Below are positions 10,303 to 20,503 of a stretch of DNA of 64,000 nucleotides, piece after piece. Numbering within the stretch: position 1 is the stretch's first letter; each line of letters starts with the position of its first letter. Where the stretch lies: IMG/VR virus record IMGVR_UViG_3300044815_000165, positions 25,134 to 89,133 of that record. One strand, given 5' to 3'. The notes under the pieces were generated by a model. The model saw nothing but the letters and a program-made list of their open reading frames with translations. It did no database searches and was not told the DNA's origin. The position numbers and the translations under genes are program-made. This DNA is from a virus.

Positions 10303-12143
10303 ACCTCTGGAACCGGCCAGGCTTCGCCTACGGTCATCTCTACGGCAACCAGGTTGCCGTCGCGTGGCCTGGTCAGGAGTGGTGCGACCGCGGTCCGCTG
10401 ATCTCGATGACGGTCGGCATGCCGCCGGACACGCTCACGGTGACCGGCGGCATGACGTGGATCATCCCGCAGAGCGTCGGCTCGTACACGCTCACCGCGA
10501 CGGCGAACGCGGTCATCGGCGCGTCGCGCACGATCACCACCATCGCGAACGCGGTCATCAAGGCGCAGCAGGCGATCTCCGCGATCGCGAACGCGGTCAT
10601 CGGGACGAGCTTCACCGACACCACCGTCGCGAACGCAGTGATCAAGGCTGCGCAGAGCATCACCGCGAGCGCGAACGCGGTCCTGCAAGGACATCAGTCG
10701 GTGACGGCGAACGCGAACGCGGTCGTGCAGGCGGCTCAGTCGGCGACGGCGAACGCGAACGCCGTGATCAAGGCAGCGCAGACGCTCTCCGCATCTGCCG
10801 ACGCCGTCATCGCTCAGAGCCACACCGTCACGTCGTCGGCCAACGCGGTGATCCAGGCAGCGCAGACGATCTCCGCCGCAGCGAACGCTGTCGTGCTCGC
10901 GCAGCAGCTCGTCACCGCGAGCGCGAACGCCGTGATCGCGCAAACCCACACCGACACCGCGAGCGCGAACTCCGTGATCGAGGCACAGCAAGCCGTGTCC
11001 GCGGTGGCGAACGCCGTCATCGAGGCGCAGCAATCGTTGACAGCGTCAGCCGACGCGATCATCGCGAACCGCCTCGCCGACACCGTCTCCGCCGATGCAG
11101 TGATCCAGGCAAAGCAGATCGTCACGGTCGCGGCCGACGCGGTGATCCAGGCCGCGCAAGGTGTCGTCGCGCAGGCGAACGCCGTCATCATCAACGTCGG
11201 CGGCACGCAAGTGTTCGTGGGTGCCGACGCCGTGATCCGGGCCGCGCAGATCGTCATCGCGCAGGCGAGCGCTGTCGTGCAGGCATCACAGATGATCACG
11301 GCGAGCGCGAACGCCGTCATCGGTGCCGAGCTGCTCCGAACCGTCGCCGCGAACGCCGTGATCAAGACGAGCTTCTCCGACACCGCGAGCGCGAATGCAG
11401 AGATCGCGTTGACGTCCGTGGTCGTCGCGAGCGCGAGCGCCGTGTTGCAGCTGCGTTCGACGATCGCCGCGAGCGCGAGCGCGGTCATCCAGGCGCATCT
11501 CGACGGGACGGCGAACGCGAACGCGGTCGTGCAGGGGCATCAATCCGTTGCAGACGTGGCGAACGCCGTCATCGCTCTCCGTCACCAGATCCAGTCCTCC
11601 GCCGATGCAGTAGTCCGCGCAGCACAGAGCTTCAGCGCAAATGCCGACGCGATCGTGCGCTCCACCATCAACCTCGTCGCGTTCGCGAACGCAGTCGTGC
11701 AGGCACATCAGGTCGTACCCGCAACTGCCGACGCCGTGATCCAGGCTGCGCAGTCGCACACAGCTGCGGCCGATGCCGAGATCGCGAACGCCATCTACCT
11801 CAGCCTCAACGCCGACGCGATCGTCAAGGCGCTGCAGACGGTGGGTGTCGACGGCAACGCGGTGATCCAGGGCAACATCCTCCAACAGCTCAGCGCGAAC
11901 GCCTTCGTCGCACAACCAGAGATGCAGACGGCGAACGCGAACGCCGTCATCATCCTGCCGTACCCGGTGATCATCGGCCTCCTCAGCAGCGTCGGAGACC
12001 TGCTCGCGTCGCTCGCGCTTGGTCTCGAGATGGACGCCAGCATCACGTCGCGCAACGACCTCGCGAGCGACATCATCGAGGATGACGGTGCGCTCGGTGG
12101 TACGATCACGGTCCGCGATGACCTGGATGGAGACCTGACATGA
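10299..12143 (+). CDS. Tandem-repeat fibrous virion protein (about 14-aa 'ASANAVI' repeats)
   Basis: ATGA overlap; more than 30 repeats of the form xxxxA(S/N)A(N/D)AV(I/V)xAx. Confidence 0.75.
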   Translation: MNLWNRPGFAYGHLYGNQVAVAWPGQEWCDRGPLISMTVGMPPDTLTVTGGMTWIIPQSVGSYTLTATANAVIGASRTITTIANAVIKAQQAISAIANAVIGTSFTDTTVANAVIKAAQSITASANAVLQGHQSVTANANAVVQAAQSATANANAVIKAAQTLSASADAVIAQSHTVTSSANAVIQAAQTISAAANAVVLAQQLVTASANAVIAQTHTDTASANSVIEAQQAVSAVANAVIEAQQSLTASADAIIANRLADTVSADAVIQAKQIVTVAADAVIQAAQGVVAQANAVIINVGGTQVFVGADAVIRAAQIVIAQASAVVQASQMITASANAVIGAELLRTVAANAVIKTSFSDTASANAEIALTSVVVASASAVLQLRSTIAASASAVIQAHLDGTANANAVVQGHQSVADVANAVIALRHQIQSSADAVVRAAQSFSANADAIVRSTINLVAFANAVVQAHQVVPATADAVIQAAQSHTAAADAEIANAIYLSLNADAIVKALQTVGVDGNAVIQGNILQQLSANAFVAQPEMQTANANAVIILPYPVIIGLLSSVGDLLASLALGLEMDASITSRNDLASDIIEDDGALGGTITVRDDLDGDLT

Positions 12144-12580
12144 GCTGCACGAACGGGTGCGACAACAACGCGTGCGTCACGTGTGGAGGCAGCGGTCCGC
12201 CCGTCTGCGTCATGCAGGGCGAGACGAAGACGTTCCTCCTGCTGGTGAAGGTGCTCGCCACGAAGGTGCCGCAGAACCTCGATCTCGTGAAGATCTACTT
12301 CACGGTCAAGGAGCGCGTCGACGACATCGCGCCGTTCATCCTGAAGCGCACCGTGGACGCCGGTGGCGCAGTCGGCGAGATCGTCATCGCGACGCCACAG
12401 GCGACGGCTGCGAACACGGGGCGCGCGACGATCACCCTCACGTCGGACGACACGAAGCTATTCAGGCCGGGCGTCGCGTACTGGTTCGACGTGTGGGTCG
12501 TCCTGCCAACCGGGGAAGAGCGTCCGGTGATCCGCCGGCGCCAGATCGCCGTCGACACCCGCATCACCATCATCCCGTAG
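12140..12580 (+). CDS. BppU N-terminal-like virion/baseplate protein
   Basis: Pattern QGET...NLD..KIYFTVKE...GRATITLTSDDT...YWFDVWV. Confidence 0.55.
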   Translation: MSCTNGCDNNACVTCGGSGPPVCVMQGETKTFLLLVKVLATKVPQNLDLVKIYFTVKERVDDIAPFILKRTVDAGGAVGEIVIATPQATAANTGRATITLTSDDTKLFRPGVAYWFDVWVVLPTGEERPVIRRRQIAVDTRITIIP

Positions 12581-12588
12581 GAGACCTC

Positions 12589-12969
12589 GTGAACGACACC
12601 CTCAAGATCGCAGCTCGGCTCAGCATCCACCCGTCTCCGTCGGCCGTCTCATCGTCCGGCCGGCCGTCGACCGACGTCGAGATCGTCGAGGGCTTCGCCG
12701 TCGTGAAGAAGCTCGACACGATGTACACGCTCGACGCCGCGCCCGCCGTCACCATCGGGATGGGCGATCTCGACGGCGCGAACTTCATCTTCATCTACTC
12801 GGACGAGTCGGTGACGGTCGAGGTGACCAGCGCGCTCGGCACGGCGCAGACCCTGCCGGGAAGGATCGTGTTGCTGATCGACCCGGCCGAGTCCGTGACG
12901 CTCATCCGCCTGACGCAGAAGAACGGCGTGACCGCGAACGTGCGGATCGTCCTGGGGCAGCTCGCGTAG
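12589..12969 (+). CDS. Putative virion protein
   Basis: AGGAG RBS with GTG start; beta-rich; last gene before the promoter at 12976. Confidence 0.55.
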   Translation: MNDTLKIAARLSIHPSPSAVSSSGRPSTDVEIVEGFAVVKKLDTMYTLDAAPAVTIGMGDLDGANFIFIYSDESVTVEVTSALGTAQTLPGRIVLLIDPAESVTLIRLTQKNGVTANVRIVLGQLA

Positions 12970-12975
12970 CGTTTG

Positions 12976-13007
12976 CGTTGACATTGTCAACGATAAACGT
13001 GTAGATT
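12976..13007 (+). promoter_or_regulatory. Sigma70-type promoter with palindromic operator over the -35 box
   Basis: CGTTGACATTGTCAACG; TTGACA-18bp-TAGATT upstream of the helicase. Confidence 0.8.
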
Positions 13008-13013
13008 CCACAG

Positions 13014-14480
13014 GTGACGGAACGTCGTGCCACCGTGACCATGCTCAGCAACGTGCGGTGCGTGGTCGACTTCAAGTACCCGGGGTTGGAAGCGAAGGCA
13101 GCGGAGAAGGAGCGCACGCGGATCGTCAACCTGCTCGACGACGCGCTCGCGATCGAGAACAAGGGTGCGCACTTCAACCCGACCGTCCAGAAGGGTCTCT
13201 GGGACGGCCGGCGTCACATGTTCTACAAGGACGGCTGCACCTTCGCGAAGGGTCTCATGCCTCGCCTGAAGAGCCTGTTGCGCGACGCGGGCTACAAGAT
13301 CATGAAGACGAAGGACGAGCGCAAGAACGTCCCGACGGAGGTCGACCTCTCCATCGTGCAGCCCGACATGCTCGCGACGATCACGCTGCGCCCGGACCAG
13401 CTCCGCGTGATCAAGACGGCGCTGCGCAAGGGCTGCGGTCTTCTCCACGTCGCGACGGGCGGTGGCAAGAGCGCCGACGCGACCGCGATCATCAAGACCC
13501 TGATCGACAAGCGAAGCCTGTTCCTGGTCCACACGAAGCAGCTCCTCGGTCAGGCACGCAAGGAGATCGCGAAGTTCCTCGGCACGATCGAGGAGTACAT
13601 CGGCATCATCGGCGACGGCAACTTCAACCCGAAGCACATCACGGTCGCCACCGTGCAGAGCTTGTCGCGCGTCACGCGTGCCGATCAGAAGAAGATCATC
13701 GCGAAGTACCTCAAGACGATCGAGGTGCTCATCCTCGACGAGTGCCACCACTCGTCGGCGAAGTCGTTCTACAAGCTCCTGCAGCGGATCGACGCGCCGT
13801 GGCGCTACGGCTTGTCCGGCACGCCGTTCGGGCTCGCTGACGGCAAGGGGCTGATGGTGGAGGCCGCGTTCGGGCCGGTGTTCGAGCGCGTCACGAACGA
13901 CGAACTGATCCAGCTCGGCATCAACGCCAAGCCGACGATCCGGATGATCGAGTCGAGCGTGCCGAAGCTCGACTCCGGGCTCGACTGGCAGAGCGTCTAC
14001 AAGGAGGGGATCGTCCTCAACACCGCGCGGAACATCCTCGTCGCCAACCACGCCGCCGCGTTCGCGAAGAAGAAGTGGCCGACGCTCGTGATCGTCCGCG
14101 AGCTGTGGCACGGCGACAACCTGGCCGAGCTGCTCCGTGATCGCAGCGTCGCGCACGCGTTCGTTCACGGACAGATGTCGACCACCGAGGTCGAGCGTCA
14201 GAAGGTGAGGCTGACCGAGGGCAAGATCCACGTGCTCATCGCGTCGCCGATCTTCGGCGAGGGTGTCGACATCCCGTCGGTGCGCGCGCTCATCGTGGCA
14301 GACGGCGGGCAGTCGACCGCGGCGGTGCTGCAGAAGGTTGGACGTGGTCTCCGATCGAAGAAGGGTGACAACCGTCTCGACGTCATCGACTTCGCAGACA
14401 CCACGCACAAGTGGTTAGCCAAGCACAGCCAGGAACGGATCGCACTCTACGAAGGCGAAGGTTTTGAAGTCTTGATGTGA
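13014..14480 (+). CDS. Superfamily 2 DNA helicase (UvsW-like)
   Basis: ATGGGKS Walker A, DECH, GLSGTP, GEGVDIP, QKVGRGLR. Confidence 0.93.
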   Translation: MTERRATVTMLSNVRCVVDFKYPGLEAKAAEKERTRIVNLLDDALAIENKGAHFNPTVQKGLWDGRRHMFYKDGCTFAKGLMPRLKSLLRDAGYKIMKTKDERKNVPTEVDLSIVQPDMLATITLRPDQLRVIKTALRKGCGLLHVATGGGKSADATAIIKTLIDKRSLFLVHTKQLLGQARKEIAKFLGTIEEYIGIIGDGNFNPKHITVATVQSLSRVTRADQKKIIAKYLKTIEVLILDECHHSSAKSFYKLLQRIDAPWRYGLSGTPFGLADGKGLMVEAAFGPVFERVTNDELIQLGINAKPTIRMIESSVPKLDSGLDWQSVYKEGIVLNTARNILVANHAAAFAKKKWPTLVIVRELWHGDNLAELLRDRSVAHAFVHGQMSTTEVERQKVRLTEGKIHVLIASPIFGEGVDIPSVRALIVADGGQSTAAVLQKVGRGLRSKKGDNRLDVIDFADTTHKWLAKHSQERIALYEGEGFEVLM

Positions 14481-14562
14481 TCTCTCGCGCGAACGAATCA
14501 GCAGAACCTGGCTTGCAAGCATCTTGACCTTCGTTGCTCTGCCGCGCTAAAAGGGACGTTCG

Positions 14563-15135
14563 ATGGTCACGCGCTCCAAGGTATCTGAGAAGCGCACCGT
14601 AGCCCAAGATCTCTGTGTCCTCTACCACGAGGCAGTTCGCAGCGTAGTTGCCCGCGAGACGAAGGCGAGCGCGACGCGCATCATGCCGACGCGCACTCTC
14701 GACGAGGTCGATGCTTCCGCGCGGAAGGCATTCCTCTCCGCCGCAACCATCTGCATCGAACTCGGTGCTGATGCGCGCGACTTCATCGCCGCGCAGTTCG
14801 CGTTGTGGCGCGAGGCATCGGCCTTCCACAAGAGGTTGCTGATGCCGTCGCCGCAGCACATGGCGACGCTCGCCGCGCGCGTGCGCTACCTCCAGCATCA
14901 GGCACGCGAACAGATCCGCGTCTCGCGCGTGATCACACGCGACGACGACGGCGGAGACTCCACGAAGAAGTGGTTCGTCGAGGAGCGCCGATTGAAGGGT
15001 CTCGCACGCATGCAGCGGCGCGATCCACTCGAGGTGCTGACCGAGCAGCCGGAGCAGTTCTCGCGTGAGTTCCTGAAGTACAAGGATGTCTGGAACGTCG
15101 TGAAGGACGTCTGGGAAGAGCGAGAGCACTCGTGA
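14563..15135 (+). CDS. Hypothetical replication-module protein
   Basis: 190 aa ORF coupled to the next gene. Confidence 0.6.
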   Translation: MVTRSKVSEKRTVAQDLCVLYHEAVRSVVARETKASATRIMPTRTLDEVDASARKAFLSAATICIELGADARDFIAAQFALWREASAFHKRLLMPSPQHMATLAARVRYLQHQAREQIRVSRVITRDDDGGDSTKKWFVEERRLKGLARMQRRDPLEVLTEQPEQFSREFLKYKDVWNVVKDVWEEREHS

Positions 15136-15701
15136 AGGAAATCAACAAGCGACACCTCGCGGCGTGGAACGTCGGGAAGAAGATCTTCGGGTACACCGGA
15201 GATCTGCCGAAGCCTCGCGGACTCCTGATCGGTGAAGCGCCGGGACCGAACACGAACGCGAAGCTCCCGCTGTTTCCGAGCCCTGCAGGCAGCGCCGCCG
15301 GCAGACTTCTCAGCTACGCGAACATCCACGCGATGGAGTGGATGGGGAAGCTCGTGCGCGTCAACCAGTGTGGAGACGAGCAGTGGTCGAGCCGTGCCGC
15401 GTGCGCCGGCCGCGTCGCGGCGACATCGTTCTTTCTCGATCCGAAGAACTTCCACGACGGCAAGCCGCTGCGTGTGCTCCTCCTCGGCGCGGATGTCGCG
15501 CGCGCATGGTCTTGCTACGGACCCTTCGGGAAGGTGACCTGGATCTTCTCCGACAAGGGAGACATGACGGATGCCGTTCGTGTCGAGGTCGCGTGGATCC
15601 CGCACCCGTCGGGACGAAACCTGATCTACAACGAGCGCAAGAACCAGCTGCGTGCTGGTCGCGCCGTTCGGTGGGCGATCGGAGAGCGTGATCAACCGTG
15701 A
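15132..15701 (+). CDS. Uracil-DNA glycosylase superfamily protein
   Basis: LLIGEAPG motif 1, VLLLG, IPHPSGRN motif 2. Confidence 0.75.
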   Translation: MKEINKRHLAAWNVGKKIFGYTGDLPKPRGLLIGEAPGPNTNAKLPLFPSPAGSAAGRLLSYANIHAMEWMGKLVRVNQCGDEQWSSRAACAGRVAATSFFLDPKNFHDGKPLRVLLLGADVARAWSCYGPFGKVTWIFSDKGDMTDAVRVEVAWIPHPSGRNLIYNERKNQLRAGRAVRWAIGERDQP

Positions 15702-16207
15702 AGCAACGATCTCAGTTTGACGCGGTCGCCGAGGAGGTCACTGCGGCGCCTTCGTGGAAGGTCATCCAACGATTCTGGTCAAGGATCAACAAAAACGGAC
15801 CGAAGCAACCGCACATGAAGACGTGTTGTTGGATTTGGACTGCTGGAACCGCAAACGGGTATGGCGTGATCTGGTGCAACGGTCAGACTCGACGTGCAAC
15901 GCATCTCGCATTCTTCCTATCACATGGACGATGGCCGAATCCATGCGCACTGCATCGCTGCGATGTTCCAGCATGCGTGCGGCACATTTTTGAAGGAACT
16001 CGACAAGAAAATATGGTCGACATGATCCGCAAGGGTCGCGATCGCAAGGCTGTTGGAGAGCGCGCATCACGCACCAAGTTGACAACGGCGCAGGTGAAGG
16101 CGATCCGCCAAGAACGTGGATCATCTCGAGCGGTCGGCAAGAAATTTGGGGTTTCCCACACCGCAGTGGTTTTGATCCGTAATGGATCAACATGGAGTCA
16201 TGTGTGA
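15698..16207 (+). CDS. HNH homing endonuclease
   Basis: CWIWT..GYG...LHRCDVPAC..H...GT..EN, C-terminal HTH; AT-richer than neighbours. Confidence 0.88.
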   Translation: MKQRSQFDAVAEEVTAAPSWKVIQRFWSRINKNGPKQPHMKTCCWIWTAGTANGYGVIWCNGQTRRATHLAFFLSHGRWPNPCALHRCDVPACVRHIFEGTRQENMVDMIRKGRDRKAVGERASRTKLTTAQVKAIRQERGSSRAVGKKFGVSHTAVVLIRNGSTWSHV

Positions 16208-17517
16208 TCGACGACGAAGTCAAGAAACCTTCGTGGTCGATCGACTACGGCAAGGACTTCGAGCGGCGGATGCTTCGCGTGCTCTACGCGGACCAGGAGT
16301 TCGCGACGACGACCGGCCTGCATCTCAGCCACGAGCACTTCAGCACGCCGGGGCTGCGCTGGCTCGCGCAGAAGATCGTTGGGTACGTCAAGGAGCACGG
16401 CGTCGGCATCTCGAAGGACGCGCTCAACATCGAGCTGGACCGTGACGTCAAGATCGGACGCCTCACCAAGGCGAACGTCGAGAACGCGCGAGCGCTGGTC
16501 GACTCGGTCGACGTCGAGGTCAAGGATCGCAGCTACGTCCGCGGCGAGCTGTTCAAGTTCATCAAGAACCAGACGGTAGACCGCGCGATCCGCGCGAGCA
16601 TCGATCACCTCGACGCGCAGGACTTCGAGTCCGTCGATCGCGAGCTGCAGAAGGTTCTTGACGTCCAGACGTCGGCGATGAACGGGCTCGGGCACTTCTT
16701 CGTCCGCGATCGCGGGATCCGACGCGAGCGCCGCAAGGAGTACAAGTTCGACGGGATCTCGACGGGGCTGTTCCTGGACGAGAAACTCAAGCCCAAGGGG
16801 ATCCCGCCGAAGTCGCTGCTGACCGTGGTCGCACCGTCCGGCGTCGGCAAGAGTTCGACCCTGATGTACATGGCGCGCAGCGCGGTCATGAACAGCGAGG
16901 CGAAGGTCCTCTACATCACCACCGAGCTGTCCGAGGAGGTGGTCTGCGATCGCCTCGACGCGTCGTTCACCGGCATCTCGATCGGCATGCTCGAGAAGGA
17001 GCGCAAGCTCGTCAGCGGCAAGGTCCGCAACCTCGGCAAGAAGTTCGGCGAGTTCCTGGTGGTGAAGGAGTTCCCACCGGGCATGCTCACGCCGAACGGG
17101 CTGCACGCGTACATCCGGCAGCTGGAACGTGTGCCGTTCTACCCGGACGTCATCTACGTCGACTCGGCCGACGACATGGTCCCGGACAACCCGGGCCGCG
17201 AGCGCGACTCGTACGAGGACTATGGCTCCGTGTGGCGTGGTCTGCGCAAGCTCAGCTACGACGTCCGCGCGCCCGTGGCGACGGCCTCGCAGACGGGACG
17301 CGGCGCGCTCAACAAGGAGCACGTGGACTGGGACCAGATCGCAGATTCGGCAAAGAAGGTGATGGTGAGCGACGTGGTACTCATCCTCCAGCAGACGCGC
17401 GAGGAACACCGTCAGAAAGTTGGTCGTTTCTACATCGCCAAGAACAGGTTCGGTTCAGCGAAGTCCGAGTGGAAGGTTAGACTAGACTGGGGTCTGGTCG
17501 ACATCAGGAACATCTAG
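16204..17517 (+). CDS. DnaB-like replicative helicase
   Basis: APSGVGKS Walker A, YITTELS, IYVDSAD, TASQ, IAKNRFG. Confidence 0.88.
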   Translation: MIDDEVKKPSWSIDYGKDFERRMLRVLYADQEFATTTGLHLSHEHFSTPGLRWLAQKIVGYVKEHGVGISKDALNIELDRDVKIGRLTKANVENARALVDSVDVEVKDRSYVRGELFKFIKNQTVDRAIRASIDHLDAQDFESVDRELQKVLDVQTSAMNGLGHFFVRDRGIRRERRKEYKFDGISTGLFLDEKLKPKGIPPKSLLTVVAPSGVGKSSTLMYMARSAVMNSEAKVLYITTELSEEVVCDRLDASFTGISIGMLEKERKLVSGKVRNLGKKFGEFLVVKEFPPGMLTPNGLHAYIRQLERVPFYPDVIYVDSADDMVPDNPGRERDSYEDYGSVWRGLRKLSYDVRAPVATASQTGRGALNKEHVDWDQIADSAKKVMVSDVVLILQQTREEHRQKVGRFYIAKNRFGSAKSEWKVRLDWGLVDIRNI

Positions 17518-17528
17518 AGGAGTTGAAG

Positions 17529-18176
17529 ATGAACAAGAAGAAGAAAACTACCAAGCTGCAGGTCACGCCTGCCGTTCAACAAGATCACGTTTCCATCTCG
17601 CTCCAAGAATTCCACGCCTTCCAGGCGCGCGAGGGCGCCTTCGCGCACGCGACGGAGGCCAACATCAAGCTCGAGATGGAACGGAAGATCCTCTCGGACA
17701 CGGTGTCGAACCAGCTGCAGTTGCTCACCGTGAAGGACCTGAAGGTGCTGCACCTCGAGCGCGTCGCGCTCCTGCAGGATGCACTCCTCGAGCACTTCAA
17801 GGACACGACGAAGGTCATGGAGATGGCCGAGATGTCGGAGTTCTGGAAGCAGTGGCAGATCCAGACGAAGAAGGCGACCGACTCCGGCACGCCGGTCGAG
17901 GCGATCGCGAAGATCACGCCGAACATCTTCAAGACCTGGGAGATCTGGCTGCGCGACGCCGGCAAGGTCGACCGCTCCATGACCACGTCTGGTTCGCGTG
18001 CCGAACGTGATAACACCAAGCCGCAGACGCAGGGCGAGATGCAGGCGCACACCATCCGCCGTCTGCGCGAGGACAACTTCAATCTCGAGCGTCGCGCGGA
18101 GCAGCTCCACACCGAGCTGGAAGCGATCAAGGAACAGCTGCTCGCGAACGCCAAGTCGGACGACGCGAAGACCTGA
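17529..18176 (+). CDS. Hypothetical coiled-coil protein
   Basis: GAGGAG RBS; TGATG coupling to the primase. Confidence 0.6.
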   Translation: MNKKKKTTKLQVTPAVQQDHVSISLQEFHAFQAREGAFAHATEANIKLEMERKILSDTVSNQLQLLTVKDLKVLHLERVALLQDALLEHFKDTTKVMEMAEMSEFWKQWQIQTKKATDSGTPVEAIAKITPNIFKTWEIWLRDAGKVDRSMTTSGSRAERDNTKPQTQGEMQAHTIRRLREDNFNLERRAEQLHTELEAIKEQLLANAKSDDAKT

Positions 18177-19189
18177 TGAACCTCCGCGCCATCGATCGAG
18201 CGTTCGACACCGAGCGCTACGTGCTCGACACGTTCCCCGATGCGCAGCGCAGCGGTGGCAACCTCGTGTGCATCTGCCCCGCGTGCGAGAAGCCGAAGCT
18301 CTGGGTGCTCGTCGTGGACCGCGACGACATCCGTGCACCAGCGTGGCAGTGCTTCGGCTGCGGCGACGCGGGACGCACGGCGGTGTCCCTGGTGCGGCGT
18401 GTCGAGGACTGCGACATGTTCCGCGCGTTCGAGCTGATCGTGCAGTTCAAGAAGGGCAACGAGCCTCTCATCGACCTCCGCCGGCTCGTGGAAGAGCGCC
18501 TGCTCGGCGAACCCGAGGCATGGACGGCCGAGCCTGCTAAGGTCCCGCTCCCCGACGAGTTCATCGCCTGCCAGCGCGGGTACACGCGATCCGACCTGCC
18601 TCGCTACTTCACCGAGCGCGGCATCGGTCCGAAGAAGGCGTACCGCTACGGGCTCGGGTGGTGCGACGACGGGTACTTCAAGAAGCGCATGGTGATCCCC
18701 GTGACCGCTGCCGGCGAAGTCCAGTTCTTCGTCGCGCGGTACATGAAGGCGAAGCCGCCGGAGGGTGTCAAGAAGACGCTCTATCCGAAGGGCGCGAAGC
18801 CCGGACGGTACCTGTACAACTACGAGCGCGCGAAGCACTGCGATACGATCCGCGTGGTCGAGGGCGTGCTCGACGCGATCCACGTCGGCAAGTCGGCGGT
18901 TGCCACCTTCGGCACCTCCCTCAGCCAGTACCAGCTCGAGCTGCTCATGCACACGGGTGCGCGCGAGATCGTCATCATGTGGGACCGCGACGCGATCGGA
19001 AAGGCGAAGCAGCTCGCCGACCGCCTCGCTGACCTGTGGAGCATCCGCGTGGTCGAGCTGCCAGATGCCCGCGATCCAGACGAGCACACGATGGAGGACC
19101 TGATGGAGATGGAGCAACGCGCCACCGTGCTCGACACGTCGGGCGCGCGCCGCGCGTACGTGATCAGCCGACTCGAGAGGCACGCGTGA
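18176..19189 (+). CDS. DnaG-like DNA primase
   Basis: Zn finger CPAC...CFGC; Toprim VVEGVLDAI and WDRD. Confidence 0.9.
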   Translation: MNLRAIDRAFDTERYVLDTFPDAQRSGGNLVCICPACEKPKLWVLVVDRDDIRAPAWQCFGCGDAGRTAVSLVRRVEDCDMFRAFELIVQFKKGNEPLIDLRRLVEERLLGEPEAWTAEPAKVPLPDEFIACQRGYTRSDLPRYFTERGIGPKKAYRYGLGWCDDGYFKKRMVIPVTAAGEVQFFVARYMKAKPPEGVKKTLYPKGAKPGRYLYNYERAKHCDTIRVVEGVLDAIHVGKSAVATFGTSLSQYQLELLMHTGAREIVIMWDRDAIGKAKQLADRLADLWSIRVVELPDARDPDEHTMEDLMEMEQRATVLDTSGARRAYVISRLERHA

Positions 19190-19324
19190 AGCCCGACGAC
19201 GTGCGCCGCATCCTCCAGCAGGAAGACGACGTGTCAGAGCCTCCGCTTATGCTGCTCGTGGTCCTGGCGGTGATCGCGGTGGTCCTCGTTGCATACGCGA
19301 TGATGACGACGTGAGGCATTTCGT

Positions 19325-19354
19325 GTTGACAATGTCACCTAAAACCTGTAGGGT
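19325..19354 (+). promoter_or_regulatory. Promoter with near-palindromic operator
   Basis: GTTGACAATGTCAC; TTGACA-17bp-TAGGGT. Confidence 0.75.
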
Positions 19355-19563
19355 CGCGTCTTGTGTCAGAGAACAGCGATATCGAGACGGAGCAGTCGTC
19401 GTACGGGTTGAAGACTCGGGAACAAGCTGAGTCGATCCAAGCCCTGACCGAGCGCGGCCTCAAGCTACGAGGTCAGCTCGGCAGCTACAGCTTCCGCATC
19501 GTCGAGCGATCGGACGGTCTCTTCGACCTCATCGTCTCCAAACGCGTCAACTAGGAGCACAAC

Positions 19564-20421
19564 GTGAAAGCCAAGAAGAACAAGAAGACGGCGGCGAAGA
19601 AGACCAAGGCGAAGAAGCCGGCGACGCCGCCGAAGAAGACGAAGCCAGTTGCGAAGCCAGCGTCGGAGGACAAGGTCGCCAAGATGGCGCCGAAGAGCAA
19701 TGCGGCGAAGGTGATCGCCGATGCCAAGAAGGCTGCACCGCCCAAGGAAAACGAGGATGAGATCATGGACCGCAGCGCGCTGAAGGCGATCGTCTCCCAG
19801 CTCAAAGAGATGGGCAGCGACATCAAGGCTCTCAAGAGCGACACCGACGAGATCCTCCAGAAGAAGGTGAACGAGGCGCTCCACGCGATGCCGAAGGAGG
19901 ACGTGCTCAAGAAGCTCGAGAGCATCGTCCCGGACAAGCTCGTTACCATCCTCAAGCGCGACTGCCTCGGGATCTTCATCGACCTCTCTGACATCTCGTG
20001 CGTCCGCTGCAAGGACAACGTGACGTGCGCGCGCGAGTTCCTCAAGAACCTGAAGGGCGGGCTCGCGGACGTCACCAAGGCGCTGCCGGACGCGGTCGTC
20101 GAGAAGGAGCCGGAGAAGGCGAAGCTCTCCCCGGCCACGCGCTACGAGGCGAAGCGGTTGGTGTTCATCCGCGACGTCCCGAACCCGAACCCGGTCGGCG
20201 ACCCGATGCACGACATGCTGCAGGCGGTGCTCGACGAATCGCCCGACACGATGGGCGAGCTGCGCGAGATCGTGGAGCGCGACTTCGAGATCGAGTCCGA
20301 CGCGGACTTCATGAAGTTCGTGACGAGCATGCGTGATCCCAAGGAGGGCATCATCAAGCTCGACGTCGACCTGAGCGAGAAGAACAAGGCCGAGCTGCGC
20401 GCAGCCGGCATCGACATCTGA
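19564..20421 (+). CDS. Hypothetical protein with Lys/Ala/Pro-rich (histone H1-like) N-terminus
   Basis: AGGAG RBS; KKTAAKKTKAKKP; central C...CxxC...C cluster. Confidence 0.7.
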   Translation: MKAKKNKKTAAKKTKAKKPATPPKKTKPVAKPASEDKVAKMAPKSNAAKVIADAKKAAPPKENEDEIMDRSALKAIVSQLKEMGSDIKALKSDTDEILQKKVNEALHAMPKEDVLKKLESIVPDKLVTILKRDCLGIFIDLSDISCVRCKDNVTCAREFLKNLKGGLADVTKALPDAVVEKEPEKAKLSPATRYEAKRLVFIRDVPNPNPVGDPMHDMLQAVLDESPDTMGELREIVERDFEIESDADFMKFVTSMRDPKEGIIKLDVDLSEKNKAELRAAGIDI

Positions 20422-20503
20422 TCAACATCTCTACCTGAACTCCGGTGAGCGGCGTCCAGGCGAACCTGTCACAGATAACCAAAAGACAATCAGGAGAACG
20501 AAG

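Noticed and set aside
5371-12143. Diversity-generating retroelement or CRISPR-like array behind the paralogues and repeats
   Set aside because: No reverse transcriptase or cas gene, no near-identical TR/VR pair and no repeat-spacer periodicity; the repeats are protein-coding
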